Positions 18,933-29,182 of a stretch of DNA of 64,000 nt are shown here, piece after piece (positions within the stretch are counted from its first letter, which is position 1; each line of letters opens with the position of its first letter). The stretch lies in assembly GCA_021776925.1 (NCBI GenBank), contig JAJFFB010000084.1, forward strand, positions 10,365 through 74,364, in the 5' to 3' direction. Made by a program: the position numbers and the translations under genes. The DNA is from Planctomycetota bacterium. GTDB taxonomy: Bacteria; Planctomycetota; UBA1135. Below the pieces are notes generated by a model that ran no database searches, was not told the origin of the DNA, and saw nothing but the letters and a program-made list of their open reading frames with translations.

Positions 18933-21900
18933 GTGGCGAAGTTATGGCTAGCGCATGGCGCGCGCGCGGCTGAAAGGCGGCTGGTGGCCGGTGTCCTGGC
19001 CGATCTGCGGGCGGCGCGCGCAAGATCGGACGGATTTGCCCGGCCGCTGCTGGTGGTGGTGCCCTCGGCAGAGTTGCGCCAGCACCTCGCCGCGGTGCTG
19101 GCGCGCGGCGGCGCCACCCTCGGCGTTGCGGTGGTGACCTTGCACGGTCTGGCCATGGAGGTTCACCAGCGCGCCGGACAGCCCAGCGCAGGAAGCGGTG
19201 CACTATTTGAAGTGCTGGCCCGCCGTGCTGCCGCCGCCCAGCCGCAGATCGCCAAGCAGGTCGAAGGCCTCGACGACGGCTACGGGCTCGCTGCCGCCGG
19301 CATCCGCGACCTGCTCAGCGCTGGAATGAACCCTGACGACTGCGGCGACACTCCGATGGAAGCGGCCGCCGCCACCACCCGGAAGTGGATGGATGAGCGT
19401 GGTTGTCAGCGTTCCGGCGACATGCTGGTGCGCGCTGCTGACCTGCTTGAACAAGGCTTGAACGCCAGCAAGGTCTGGATCCACGGTTTCGCCGACGCCA
19501 CCGGCCAGGCATCTGTTCTTTTGAGTGCGCTGCTTCAGGCCGGCGCCGAAATGGTCTTGGACCTGCCGCCCGACCCGGCCAGTCAAGCCGGTGCCCTGGA
19601 CCGTGGCGCCACTTTTGCCCGCCGCTTCGTGCAGCGGCTCGGGGTGAACGAAATCACCGCCGCCGCCCAAGATTCTGCCGCCGGTTCGATTCCGTCGCAG
19701 CCTGCCGACCAGCCACTGGAAGCGGCGTGCAAGCCGAGCTCAGAGGTCCACTACTTCCACGCCGCCGGCGCCCAGGACGAAGCGCGTGAGGTGGCCTACC
19801 GAATCCGCGCGCTGCTCGAAGGCGGCGCCGATCCCGACCGCATCCTGGTGGTGGCGCGATCGATGCAGGATTACGCGATCCCGCTGCGCGAATGGTGCGA
19901 GAACCTCGGCGTGCCCTTCTGTGGAGGCCGCTCGCCGGCGGCGCTGTCGCCGGTCCACCGGAGGCTGCAGGCGGTGATCGAACTGCTCGAAGACGGCGCC
20001 GATGCCGCGGTCGACCGCTGGCTCGACGCGCGCCCGCACCACGCCTGGCTCGAGGACTTCCGCGTCGCTATGCGCAGCCTCGGCGTCACGCGGGTGCGCG
20101 AAGTCGCCGCCTTGCACGCCGAGATCATCCTCGCCGGGCGGGAGTCGCTGCCCTTGCCGGTGCGCTACGGCCTGACCGAAACCGCAGCCAGCCAGCAGGG
20201 GGGGGCTGAGGGGGGGGCGAACGGCGGTCTTCTGCCTTTTGAAAAAGACTTCCGCAATCGCCGCCGCAGCCTCGGCGGTACCTTGTTGATCCGCGAAATC
20301 GGCGCCGCCGACAGCCTGTGCCGGGCGCTGGATGAATGGCCACAAATCGGCTCCCTGGCTCAACACGCAGAGTGTCTGCGCCGCCTGCTCGACCAGGACG
20401 CGGGCTGGCCGGCCAATGAACGCGCACCTGAGGAGGAGAACTGGCCGCTCATGGTCGAGGCGCTGATCTCCTTGGATCCAGCCTCCGAGGACTACCAGCG
20501 CAGCGAGTTCTTGTTGCTGCTGCGCTCCTTCAGTAGCAACTTCGGCGCCGGACCGCTCGGCGGCCGCTCCGGAGTGCGCCTGCTCGACCTGCCGCACGCG
20601 CGCGGAATCACCGCCGACCATTTATTCCTGCTCGGGCTCAATCGCGGCAACCTGCCGCGGCGCATGCCCGATGACTGCTTGCTGCCCGATCGCCTACGGC
20701 GACCACTGCAACAACGCCTGCCGCATCTCGCTCTCACCGAACAACGGCAGGACGAAGAGCACTACCTATTCGCCCAGCTGCTCTCCGCCGCGCCCCAGGT
20801 CACGCTGTCGTGGCAGCGCATCAATGCCGAAGGCAAGGAAGCATCGCCCTCGCCCTTCCTGCTGCGCATGTGGCTGGAATTCGGCGACGAAGGCTCGATC
20901 GAGGCGGTGCCGCGCCTGCGCGATGAACTCTATGCTTGGTCGCCGTCGAGCGAAGACAGCACCCCACGGCCCCTGTGCGGCAGCGAAGCGCTGACCTGGA
21001 CCGCGCTGCGCCGTGACCGCGAGTCGTGGCGCGCCCTTCTGCAGGTGGTGCTCCAGGAAGCACATGATCTTGAAGAGAGTGCTGCTGCTGAACTCGCCGA
21101 CGCGCGCCTGCGGGTGCTCGAGGAATACGAGCCCGACCGCCGCCAACCGAGCGGGCGGGCGATCGCGCTGCAGCCGGGGCCCTACCTGGGCTGGCTGGGC
21201 AGTGATCCGGCGGCGGCGTCCAGGTTCTACGTGACGCGCCTCGAGGGCGTGGCGCGGTGTCCTTGGCAGGCCTTCCTGTCGCGCGGGCTCGGTCTTGAGC
21301 GCGGTCTCGATCCGCTGGCGGAACTGCCCGCGGTCGATCATCTGCTGCTCGGCAACACCGTGCATGCGGCGCTCGAAGCCCTGGTGCGTGCCGCGCTGCA
21401 ACGGGGCCGCCGCTCTCGTCCGTTGGACTCGGTGGTGGCCGAGGCGGTAGCCGAAGCAACAGTGCGCATGGCCCGCGAAAACGACCTGCACCTGTCCGGC
21501 CTGGTCGATTCTCTGCAGCTGCGGGCGCTGCCCTTGGTGCAACGCGCGGTCGAATTCGAATGGGCGGATGGCGGTCCATTGGCCGCCACGGCGTGCGAAG
21601 CCGACGGCCAGGTCACCGTGCACATGGCCGATGGTGGTCGCCGCACTCTGCACTTCCGCGCCGACCGCGTCGATGACGGCGACGATGGTCCGGTGCTGAC
21701 CGACTACAAGACCGGCAAACCGTTGAGCAGCGCCGTTTGGCAGAGGACCCGCGACCGGGACCTGTTGAAGAAGGTGATGCAGGGGAGTGCCTTGCAGGCC
21801 GCCGCCTACGCCGCATCGGCTGAGGGCGCCAGCGGTCGATACCTGTACCTCAAACAGCCGGACGACCGCGGCCTCGAGTTTGCCGAATTCCGCGTGCCGC

Positions 21901-22151
21901 CCGAGGCCGAAGAGATCTTGCGCCAATTCCACCTGACCGCTGGAGTGCTGCTCGAAGCGGTCGAGGCGGGGGTGGCGGTCCCCAGGCTGGAGCAGCTGGA
22001 CGGTACCGAGGGCAAGGCCTGCGCCCATTGTGATTTCTCTGAAGCCTGCCTGCGTCACGACTCCGGAGCGCGCCAGCGCCTGCGCGAAGTCATGACTGCT
22101 GACCTCGAACCCGCGCACAGCCTGTGGCACCTGGAGCAGCGCAAACCGTGA
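18933..22151 (+). CDS. addB: AddB-type helicase-nuclease subunit (PD-(D/E)XK nuclease with Fe-S cluster)
   Basis: GTG start at 18933 per the track. The C-terminus has VLTDYKTGKP (nuclease motif), one upstream Cys (GVARCPWQAF) and CAHCDFSEAC (C-x2-C-x5-C), the AddB iron-staple pattern. No Walker A motif is visible in the N-terminal helicase-like part. The stop overlaps the addA start (GTGA). Confidence 0.75.
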   Translation: MAKLWLAHGARAAERRLVAGVLADLRAARARSDGFARPLLVVVPSAELRQHLAAVLARGGATLGVAVVTLHGLAMEVHQRAGQPSAGSGALFEVLARRAAAAQPQIAKQVEGLDDGYGLAAAGIRDLLSAGMNPDDCGDTPMEAAAATTRKWMDERGCQRSGDMLVRAADLLEQGLNASKVWIHGFADATGQASVLLSALLQAGAEMVLDLPPDPASQAGALDRGATFARRFVQRLGVNEITAAAQDSAAGSIPSQPADQPLEAACKPSSEVHYFHAAGAQDEAREVAYRIRALLEGGADPDRILVVARSMQDYAIPLREWCENLGVPFCGGRSPAALSPVHRRLQAVIELLEDGADAAVDRWLDARPHHAWLEDFRVAMRSLGVTRVREVAALHAEIILAGRESLPLPVRYGLTETAASQQGGAEGGANGGLLPFEKDFRNRRRSLGGTLLIREIGAADSLCRALDEWPQIGSLAQHAECLRRLLDQDAGWPANERAPEEENWPLMVEALISLDPASEDYQRSEFLLLLRSFSSNFGAGPLGGRSGVRLLDLPHARGITADHLFLLGLNRGNLPRRMPDDCLLPDRLRRPLQQRLPHLALTEQRQDEEHYLFAQLLSAAPQVTLSWQRINAEGKEASPSPFLLRMWLEFGDEGSIEAVPRLRDELYAWSPSSEDSTPRPLCGSEALTWTALRRDRESWRALLQVVLQEAHDLEESAAAELADARLRVLEEYEPDRRQPSGRAIALQPGPYLGWLGSDPAAASRFYVTRLEGVARCPWQAFLSRGLGLERGLDPLAELPAVDHLLLGNTVHAALEALVRAALQRGRRSRPLDSVVAEAVAEATVRMARENDLHLSGLVDSLQLRALPLVQRAVEFEWADGGPLAATACEADGQVTVHMADGGRRTLHFRADRVDDGDDGPVLTDYKTGKPLSSAVWQRTRDRDLLKKVMQGSALQAAAYAASAEGASGRYLYLKQPDDRGLEFAEFRVPPEAEEILRQFHLTAGVLLEAVEAGVAVPRLEQLDGTEGKACAHCDFSEACLRHDSGARQRLREVMTADLEPAHSLWHLEQRKP

Positions 22152-25100
22152 CCGCGACCCTGCTGCACGACGAAGGCGCGCGTCGGCTCGGGCGCAGCTC
22201 CTTCGACCGCCCGTTGGTGCTCGAGGCCGGCGCCGGCACCGGCAAGACCGCGGTGCTGGTCGCCCGCATCGTGCACTGGTGCCTGGGGCCCGGCTGGAAT
22301 CGCCACGCCGAGCTGGAAGACGGCGAAGCCATCGCCGCGCGCGTGTGCGAACGCGTGGTCGCGATCACCTTCACCGACGCGGCCGCGGTCGAAATGCAGT
22401 CACGGGTGGCGCGCGCTCTGACCGATCTGCACCGCGGCAAGGAGCCGCTCGGCCTGGGCACCGACGACCTCGAGGTCAGCGGCGTCGAGCTCGAGCGACG
22501 CACGCGCCTGCTCCTGACCACTATCGACCGACTGCGCATCAGCACCATTCACAGCTTCTGCGCATCGATCCTGCGCGAAAACGCCCTGGTCCTCGGCCTG
22601 CACCCGCGCTTCGAAATCGATCGCGACAGGGTCATGCTCGAAGCGCTTGTCTTCGACCATTTCGGGCGTCAGCTGCCGGCCTTGTACGGAGTAGACGCCG
22701 ACCAAGACGCGGTCGCCCTCGCCGCTCTCGGTTACGGACCTCCAGAAATCGCCCGCGTGCTGCAGCGCGCCGCCGCCAGCCCACGGCGTGCCGCGCTGCT
22801 GCCGTCAGAGCCATACCCGCAAGCCGAGGTCGCGGCGTTCTGCACCGGCTTCCGCGCCGAAGTAGAGCGCGTCCGCACCACGCTGGTCGCTGCCATCGAG
22901 TGCCATGGTGCGATCCGCAATAACAACAACAAGGTGATGTTCGATCTCTGCGCCGGCCTGGCGCAACTTGAAGAGGCGCTGAACGGTGCGCCCGATCTGG
23001 AGACCTTGTGTCCGCTATTCCAGCAAGGCGGCGTCGCGCATGGCTGGCGCTCGAGCGGATCGCGCCTCGCCAAATGGGCCGGATCGGTCTACACCGGCAC
23101 CGAAGCGGACATCCTGGGCGAAGAAGGGTGCACCGCTCTGACCGCATCCTGCGTAGCGCTGATGCCCATGATCCGGGCCGCCGCAGCCGCCGATCCGGCA
23201 ACCCTGCCCGCGGTCTGCCGCCTGGTGAACAAGATCCTGCCGGGGGTGCTGCAGGAAATGCGCCGCCAGGGACTGATGACCTTCGACGCTCTGCTCGAGG
23301 AAGCGCGCGCGCTGGTCGAAGAACATCCACAGATCAGCAAGCGGCTGCGCGGCGGCATGGACCAGCTGCTGGTCGACGAATTTCAGGACACCGACCCCAA
23401 TCAGTGCGCTCTGCTTCAGCAGCTCGCCAGCGGCGACAACGCCCCCGGCCTGTTCCTGGTCGGCGACCCCAAGCAGTCGATCTATGGCTGGCGCCGCGCC
23501 GATCTGCGCGCCTATCACGACTTCGTGCAGTCCCTGATCGACCGTGGCGGCGAGCGTCACCACCTCGACGTCAACTTCCGTTCGGTTCCCGCGATCCTGA
23601 CAGAAGTCGAGAGCGTGATCGCACCGGTCATGCATGAGAGCCCCGGCATGCAGCCGGCCTTCCAGGCTCTGCATGCGGCGCCCCACAACGCCGACGCCAG
23701 CGGATACCAGCACGCCGGACGCGAGGCGGTCGAGTACTGGATCTCCTGGCAGCGCGGCGATCCCACCGCGCCGGTCAAGACCGGCGCGGAAACGCGCGCC
23801 GACCGCGCGCGCGAGATCGAAGCGGCGGCAGTCGCCGAAGACCTGGCCGACCTGCACGCGCGCGGCGCGCTTGAGTGGCACGACGCCGCCATCCTGATGC
23901 GCACCACCGGCGCCCAGGAGATGTACCTGCGTGCACTGCGGGCCGCCGGGGTGCCCTATCAGGTCGAGGGCAATCGCAGTTACTACCGCCGGCGCGAAGT
24001 CATCGATGCCGCCTGCCTGGTGCGCACCGTGGTCGATCCCAATGACCACCTGGCGCTGGTCGCCTTCCTGCGCTCGCCGGTGGTCGGCGTGCCCGACGCG
24101 GCGTGGCTGCCACTGTGGCGCGGCCACCTGCCCGGGCTGATGACCAAGCTGCAGGGGCCGCGCGACCACGAAATCCTTGAGCAGATCGCCCGCCTCGCTG
24201 AGCAGGTAGTCGAGGAACTGAGCAGCGCTGACGGTGTTCCCGGACTGGAGCGCATCGCTGGCTGGCAGCACTCTTTCGTCCACGCTGTGCGCGTGGTCGC
24301 CGAACTCAGGCAGTCCTTCCGCGTCGACCCGGCCGACCGTTTCGTGCGCCGCCTGCGTCAGGGTCTGCTCAGCGAAGCGACCGAAGCCGCGCGCTTTCCC
24401 GGCCCGCACCGCCTCGCCAATCTCGAAGGGTTTTTCCGCGTGCTGCTGCAGTCCCTCGGCAGCGCCGACGGCGGCCCGCAAGCGGTGCTGCGCGCCTTGC
24501 GCAGGGCGGTACAGGAACAAGAAGACAAACCGGACGAAGCACCGGGAGAAGAGAGCGTCGACGCGGTGCGGGTGATGAGCGTGCACAAGGCCAAGGGCCT
24601 CGACTTCGCCCACGTCTACCTGGTCGGCACCCACTCCGGTGGACGCTCCTCGGGCTTACCGGAGATCGATTTCGAGGAGAGCGACCACGGTCTTGAGTGC
24701 TGCATATTGGGTGCGGCCACGCTTGGCTATGGCATGGTCCTGGACTACCGCCGCCAGGTTGCCGAGTGCGAGCAGGTGCGTTTGCTCTACGTGGCCCTGA
24801 CTCGGCCGCAACAGCGCCTGGTGATCACTGGCAAGCAGGCGACCTCCCCCGGACCGCCGACGGCCGCGGCCGGCAATCTCGCCGGTCTGATGCAGCACCG
24901 TCTGCCCGCGGCGTTGTTGAGCTGGTTCCATGAGCACCCCGACGAGGCGGTGGCCGAGCGCGACGAAAACGGGGTGCTGTGGCGCATTCCGCTGCCCGCC
25001 GCGGATCAAGAAGGCCGCACCGATCGCAGTCACCCGCGCCTTGACCTGGCAAGATTGCAGCACGGGATGTCGGTCCTCGCTGGCGCGCGCGTGCGCGCCG

Positions 25101-25816
25101 CCGAACGCCAGCAACGGCGCTTCAAGGCGGTGGCGAGCGCCGCCGCGGCGCACTCCGCCGCTCCTCAGCCGTCGGCCGCCGACCACTCCGAAACCCACGA
25201 GGCGGCACGCGAACGCCGTCACCACACCGCCGCCGACCCCGAATTGGAATGGCGACTGCATCGAGGTGATCGCGAGATGTCCCTGGCGGTTGGCAGCCTG
25301 GTGCACCTGGCCCTGGAGCGGATCGATCTGGACCTCGACCTGGTCAACGCTTTGCAACAGGCCCACGCGCGGCTGCCCCAATGGGGGGGGGCGCTGCTCA
25401 GCGCCAGCGGACTTGCGGCGCCGCGCAGCGAACGAGCGATCGAAGCCGCGCGCCGCCTGCTGGCGCGGATAGACGCCAACGGCATCTTGCCCGAACTCTT
25501 CGAACGCCGTCAGCAGGTGCTCGGCCGCGAGGTCCCGATGCTGCTGCCGGGCGGGGCCGTCAGCGGACCCAGCGGAGTCGTCATCGGCACCCTCGACCTG
25601 CTCTATCGCGACCCGGCCTCGGGCCAGTTGGTGGTCGCCGACTACAAGACCGACCAGGTCGAGGATCAAGCCGACATCCAACGGCTGTGCGCGCATTACG
25701 AAGCGCAGGGGCGCCTCTATCTCGAGGCGGTCGCGCGCGCATTTCCTGATGAAGAGCCGCCGCGCTTCGAGTTGTGGTTCCTGGCCGCAGGCCAGATCAC
25801 CCCTCTGCGCATCTAG
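22148..25816 (+). CDS. addA: AddA/UvrD-type ATP-dependent helicase-nuclease subunit
   Basis: GTG 22148 overlaps the addB stop. Walker A is LEAGAGTGKTAVL. DEFQDTDPNQ and VMSVHKAKGLDF are UvrD motifs. The C-terminal RecB-type nuclease motif is LDLLYRD....VVADYKTD. Confidence 0.85.
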   Translation: MTATLLHDEGARRLGRSSFDRPLVLEAGAGTGKTAVLVARIVHWCLGPGWNRHAELEDGEAIAARVCERVVAITFTDAAAVEMQSRVARALTDLHRGKEPLGLGTDDLEVSGVELERRTRLLLTTIDRLRISTIHSFCASILRENALVLGLHPRFEIDRDRVMLEALVFDHFGRQLPALYGVDADQDAVALAALGYGPPEIARVLQRAAASPRRAALLPSEPYPQAEVAAFCTGFRAEVERVRTTLVAAIECHGAIRNNNNKVMFDLCAGLAQLEEALNGAPDLETLCPLFQQGGVAHGWRSSGSRLAKWAGSVYTGTEADILGEEGCTALTASCVALMPMIRAAAAADPATLPAVCRLVNKILPGVLQEMRRQGLMTFDALLEEARALVEEHPQISKRLRGGMDQLLVDEFQDTDPNQCALLQQLASGDNAPGLFLVGDPKQSIYGWRRADLRAYHDFVQSLIDRGGERHHLDVNFRSVPAILTEVESVIAPVMHESPGMQPAFQALHAAPHNADASGYQHAGREAVEYWISWQRGDPTAPVKTGAETRADRAREIEAAAVAEDLADLHARGALEWHDAAILMRTTGAQEMYLRALRAAGVPYQVEGNRSYYRRREVIDAACLVRTVVDPNDHLALVAFLRSPVVGVPDAAWLPLWRGHLPGLMTKLQGPRDHEILEQIARLAEQVVEELSSADGVPGLERIAGWQHSFVHAVRVVAELRQSFRVDPADRFVRRLRQGLLSEATEAARFPGPHRLANLEGFFRVLLQSLGSADGGPQAVLRALRRAVQEQEDKPDEAPGEESVDAVRVMSVHKAKGLDFAHVYLVGTHSGGRSSGLPEIDFEESDHGLECCILGAATLGYGMVLDYRRQVAECEQVRLLYVALTRPQQRLVITGKQATSPGPPTAAAGNLAGLMQHRLPAALLSWFHEHPDEAVAERDENGVLWRIPLPAADQEGRTDRSHPRLDLARLQHGMSVLAGARVRAAERQQRRFKAVASAAAAHSAAPQPSAADHSETHEAARERRHHTAADPELEWRLHRGDREMSLAVGSLVHLALERIDLDLDLVNALQQAHARLPQWGGALLSASGLAAPRSERAIEAARRLLARIDANGILPELFERRQQVLGREVPMLLPGGAVSGPSGVVIGTLDLLYRDPASGQLVVADYKTDQVEDQADIQRLCAHYEAQGRLYLEAVARAFPDEEPPRFELWFLAAGQITPLRI

Positions 25817-25890
25817 CCGCCCCTCGGCCGCCCCTTGGCCGCCAGTTGGCCGCCAGTTGCGCACCTGGCCTTGGCGCACGTGGTGGTCTG

Positions 25891-28590
25891 CTAGTGGCGC
25901 AGGTGGCCTTCGTGTTCGTGGCGGTCTTCCAGGCCGTCGTCCTCGCCATGAATCTTGCGGATCAGCGCTTCGGCCAGTTCGAAGCCCGGCTGCAGATCCA
26001 ACGCCTCGTGCGCCAGTTTCTCCGCTTCCTCGGGCTCCAACATCTCGTTCAAGACTTCGCCATAAGCCCACAGCAGCTGAGGGGAACGCCATCCACACTC
26101 GTCGACCAGGACTTCGAGGAACTGCAGGTTCCATTCAACTTCGCGTTGCTGCACCAGCAGCCAGGCGAAACTCTCGCAGGTGCGCCGTAACAGGTCGGAG
26201 CTGCGGTTGGCACGCGCCAGCCGCGCCAGCTCATCCAGGATTTCGTGCTGGACGTCGACCTTGCGGTCCAGCGGAATCTGCTGCAGGTCCTTCAAGGACC
26301 ACGTCTGGCTGGCCATGTAGTCGCTCAGGATCGCGGCGATGCCGAGCTGATTCTCAGAGTTCGCTGTGGCCGGATCCAGTCCGCTGAGCACGCCAGCCGC
26401 GCGTCTCCATGGCAGCAGCTCTTCGGTGGGGAAGGGGGGGGTAGAGCTCAAGGCCAGGGAAAGATGCGGCAGCGGACCGGCGAGCAGCATGGCAAAGCTG
26501 TCGGAGCGATCGCGATCGGCAACCACCTCGAACAAGGTCAGATCGGTAGGCGGGTGGATCGGGTGCGTGGTGTCGTTGAGCGCCGCGAGTACGCCGATGC
26601 GCGCTGCCGCTGGCTGCGCTTGTGGCGACAACGGCAACCCTTTGCGCGCCAGTACCAGCACCGTCGGTGCTTGCAGGCCGTGGGGCATGACCATGATCTT
26701 GGCTGGGTTGCCGGTCGCCGCGCTCAGGGTATCGGCGATCGGGCGGATCAGTCCGGGTACCAGTCGCATGGGATCGAGGGCCACGGCAATCACCCCGCCG
26801 CTGGCCAGCCGCTGCACCGCATGACGCAATTGAGCCGGCAGGAAGTTGCTGCGGCGTCGCTCCCACACCGCGTCCTCGCGCAGCAGGACGTAATCGAAGC
26901 CGTCGTCCGCTTCGGCCACGGTGGCAGAAAGCCCATCGAGTGCCAGGCCAGCCCAATCCGGATGGAACCGCCAGGCGAGGTTGGCGAGTTCGGGTGGATC
27001 CACCGCCCAGTGCACCTGGCGAACACCGGCCTGGCGCAGAGCGCGCAGCGTGCCGGCGTGCGGGGTCCCGGCGACCAGCGCACGTTTGGGCTGATCGACA
27101 AAAAGCAGAGGCAGCAGCGCGTCGGCGCGCCGGTCCATTTCCAATTCTGGACTGACCTGCACCAGGTTGCGCGCGTCGGCGAGCAGGTGACGGCCGAGAA
27201 ACTCACTGGCGTTGCGTTCGAAAACCCGCTCGACCGATTGCAGCGCGTGGACTTCGGCGCGCCGCCCGCCGGCGTCTTCGACCAGGTGGTAATCGAAATA
27301 ACCGAAGAAGGGGAAGCCGGTCTGCGGTGTACCCGGAAGACCCTGCCAGGCGAGCGGCACCAGGACGGCGAGACCGGCGACCGTGGCGGCAAGGTTGCGT
27401 GGTCTGATCTCAAGCGCGGCAACCACCGCGGTGGCGAGCAGCAGACACACGGCGGCAGCCAGGCGCGAGCCGCCCAGGAGCGGATGCGCGACCAGGCCGA
27501 AAACCAGCACAGCCAAGGAAGCGCCGCACAACATGAGGCTGATGGCTTGATTGGCGGGCAGCGCCGATTCGCGCGCGCCAATGGTGGTGCGCAGCACCGC
27601 GCCGAGGGCGATCAAGGGCAGGGCGGCGCTGACCGTGGTCAGGATCGGGGTCCAGGCCCAGTGGATTTCGCTCAGCCGTGTCTCTTCACCGAGGATATTC
27701 AGCAAGGGCAACCAGCCCATCAGGCTGTTGAAGATTTCGGCTTCGCCCAGACGATCCAGGGTGGTCGCGGCCTTGACCAGGCCGATCGCCGCAACCGCGC
27801 ACATCAGCGCGGCGTAGAGTGGGCGGTTGCGGCCGACGCCGAATCCGGCGCCCAGGGTGGACCAGCCCAGCACCAGCAGGGCCGACACCGTGACCAGGCG
27901 GCGGATGTCCTGCACCACCGAGCCGGAGTCGAAGGTCAGCCAGAAGGGAAGCAGCGCGAATATGGCGTAGCTGGTAGCAGCCGCTCCCAGCAACACGCTC
28001 AGGCGGCGGACCGGAGTGACGGCGAGAATGTCAGCAGGATTGCCTTGCGCAGAGGTGGCGGGCGGTCGCGGCATTGGCGGCAGGGCGACGCCGAGCACCA
28101 TCAGCAGATAGAGCCACGGCCCGGTGCCGATCTGGCACAGCAAGGCGGCGCACAGGGTTGCGGTAAAGATCAGCGGCCACCCACCGCGGACCTGACGGCC
28201 CCAGCACCAGGCGAAGCGACGGCCGAGGACCGCGACCGGAAAGACCAGGCCGGCGAGCATTACCATGCCCAGCCACGGCGGGACGTTGTTGAGTACAAAC
28301 GCACCCCCCCCCACGCAGACCGCCGCTGCCAGGTGCACGCGTCCGCCCACGCTGGGTCGCAGCATGCCGACGCCGACGGCGAGCGCAAGCAGGGTCCAGG
28401 CCAGCAGACCGTGGGCGGTACTGCCGCCGAGGGCGAGGGCGGCGCTCGAAGCCGCACCCGCGACCACTACCATCAGGGAGAAGGCGTAGCCGAAGAGTCG
28501 GAAGGAGTGGGGGATCAAGGCTTTGCTTCGAGAACCAGCAGGACGTTTTCGGACAACAGCGGGAAGACCTGGTGCTGACTGCGCAGGCAC
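25891..28590 (-). CDS. Polytopic membrane protein with spermidine-synthase-like (class I MTase fold) domain and helical His-rich C-terminus
   Basis: More than 10 hydrophobic helices in the first ~430 aa. Then KRALVAGTPHAGTLRALRQAGVRQVHWAVDPPELANLA...DYVLLRED...LASGGVIAV resembles a spermidine synthase core, but without a clean GxGxG. A likely alternative start is TTG 28518, which forms a TTGA overlap with the upstream methyltransferase stop. Confidence 0.5.
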   Translation of the reverse strand: MPAQSAPGLPAVVRKRPAGSRSKALIPHSFRLFGYAFSLMVVVAGAASSAALALGGSTAHGLLAWTLLALAVGVGMLRPSVGGRVHLAAAVCVGGGAFVLNNVPPWLGMVMLAGLVFPVAVLGRRFAWCWGRQVRGGWPLIFTATLCAALLCQIGTGPWLYLLMVLGVALPPMPRPPATSAQGNPADILAVTPVRRLSVLLGAAATSYAIFALLPFWLTFDSGSVVQDIRRLVTVSALLVLGWSTLGAGFGVGRNRPLYAALMCAVAAIGLVKAATTLDRLGEAEIFNSLMGWLPLLNILGEETRLSEIHWAWTPILTTVSAALPLIALGAVLRTTIGARESALPANQAISLMLCGASLAVLVFGLVAHPLLGGSRLAAAVCLLLATAVVAALEIRPRNLAATVAGLAVLVPLAWQGLPGTPQTGFPFFGYFDYHLVEDAGGRRAEVHALQSVERVFERNASEFLGRHLLADARNLVQVSPELEMDRRADALLPLLFVDQPKRALVAGTPHAGTLRALRQAGVRQVHWAVDPPELANLAWRFHPDWAGLALDGLSATVAEADDGFDYVLLREDAVWERRRSNFLPAQLRHAVQRLASGGVIAVALDPMRLVPGLIRPIADTLSAATGNPAKIMVMPHGLQAPTVLVLARKGLPLSPQAQPAAARIGVLAALNDTTHPIHPPTDLTLFEVVADRDRSDSFAMLLAGPLPHLSLALSSTPPFPTEELLPWRRAAGVLSGLDPATANSENQLGIAAILSDYMASQTWSLKDLQQIPLDRKVDVQHEILDELARLARANRSSDLLRRTCESFAWLLVQQREVEWNLQFLEVLVDECGWRSPQLLWAYGEVLNEMLEPEEAEKLAHEALDLQPGFELAEALIRKIHGEDDGLEDRHEHEGHLRH

Positions 28591-29171
28591 CAGCCGGCGG
28601 CCTCAACCTCGGTGCGTATGCGGGCGGGCGGAATGGATTCGCGCACCAGCCGGACCGGCAGGCGCAGGCGGTGGCGCAGGCGTCGGAAGCGGTTTTTCCA
28701 GTCCCACCCAGGGTAGTAGGCGACCACGGCGCGCGCCGCCATTTGCCGTAGCCCGCGCAGTGCGGCGATGCGTTGCGCGGGGTCGAGATGCTGCATCAGG
28801 CGCAGATTGAGGACTACGACCCCCTCAATCGGAGTGCACGGCGGATGCAGCAGATCGCCGACCACCTCGTGGCCAGCGCCATGTTTGGCGCGCAATTGAG
28901 CCAGCATGGTTGCGCTCCGGTCCAGATTCAGAACGCGACAGCCAAGAACGCGCAGCCGGTCGCTGAAGCGTCCGGTGCCGGCGGGCGCATCGATCACCCA
29001 CGGTGGTGCCGCGCCTCCTCCGGCCTCGATCAGGCAGCGGCGCACCACCGTCCACACGCGTTCGTTGTTGCGGCGGCGGATCGGGCCCCGGTAGCGGCGG
29101 TCGTAGGCGTGCGCGACCTCGCTGCTGTGATAGGCAGCGGTCCAGTCGGGCGGAGTTGCGTCCACCGGCAT
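28515..29171 (-). CDS. Class I SAM-dependent methyltransferase
   Basis: Motif I is VIDAPAGTGRFS, with an acidic post-I residue in VLNLDRS. 218 aa. Confidence 0.8.
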   Translation of the reverse strand: MPVDATPPDWTAAYHSSEVAHAYDRRYRGPIRRRNNERVWTVVRRCLIEAGGGAAPPWVIDAPAGTGRFSDRLRVLGCRVLNLDRSATMLAQLRAKHGAGHEVVGDLLHPPCTPIEGVVVLNLRLMQHLDPAQRIAALRGLRQMAARAVVAYYPGWDWKNRFRRLRHRLRLPVRLVRESIPPARIRTEVEAAGWCLRSQHQVFPLLSENVLLVLEAKP

Positions 29172-29182
29172 ACGGTAGCCTT

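Noticed and set aside
20766-24634. Long minus-strand ORFs (20766..22130, 454 aa; 23015..24634, 539 aa) inside the addB/addA genes.
   Set aside because: The plus-strand frames carry unambiguous helicase, nuclease and Fe-S motifs. The minus-strand products are low-complexity and motif-free.
25817-25890. The short tandem repeat ttggccgccag x2 and other GGCCGCC iterations in the convergent addA / membrane-protein intergenic region.
   Set aside because: It has only two units, no hairpin potential that I could draw and no similarity to anything else in the window. It is most simply slippage in a G+C-rich spacer.
26245-28578. A 777-aa plus-strand ORF opposite the polytopic membrane protein gene.
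   Set aside because: The translation is extremely Arg/Gly/Gln/His-rich with no hydrophobic core or motifs. The minus-strand frame gives regular TM helices.
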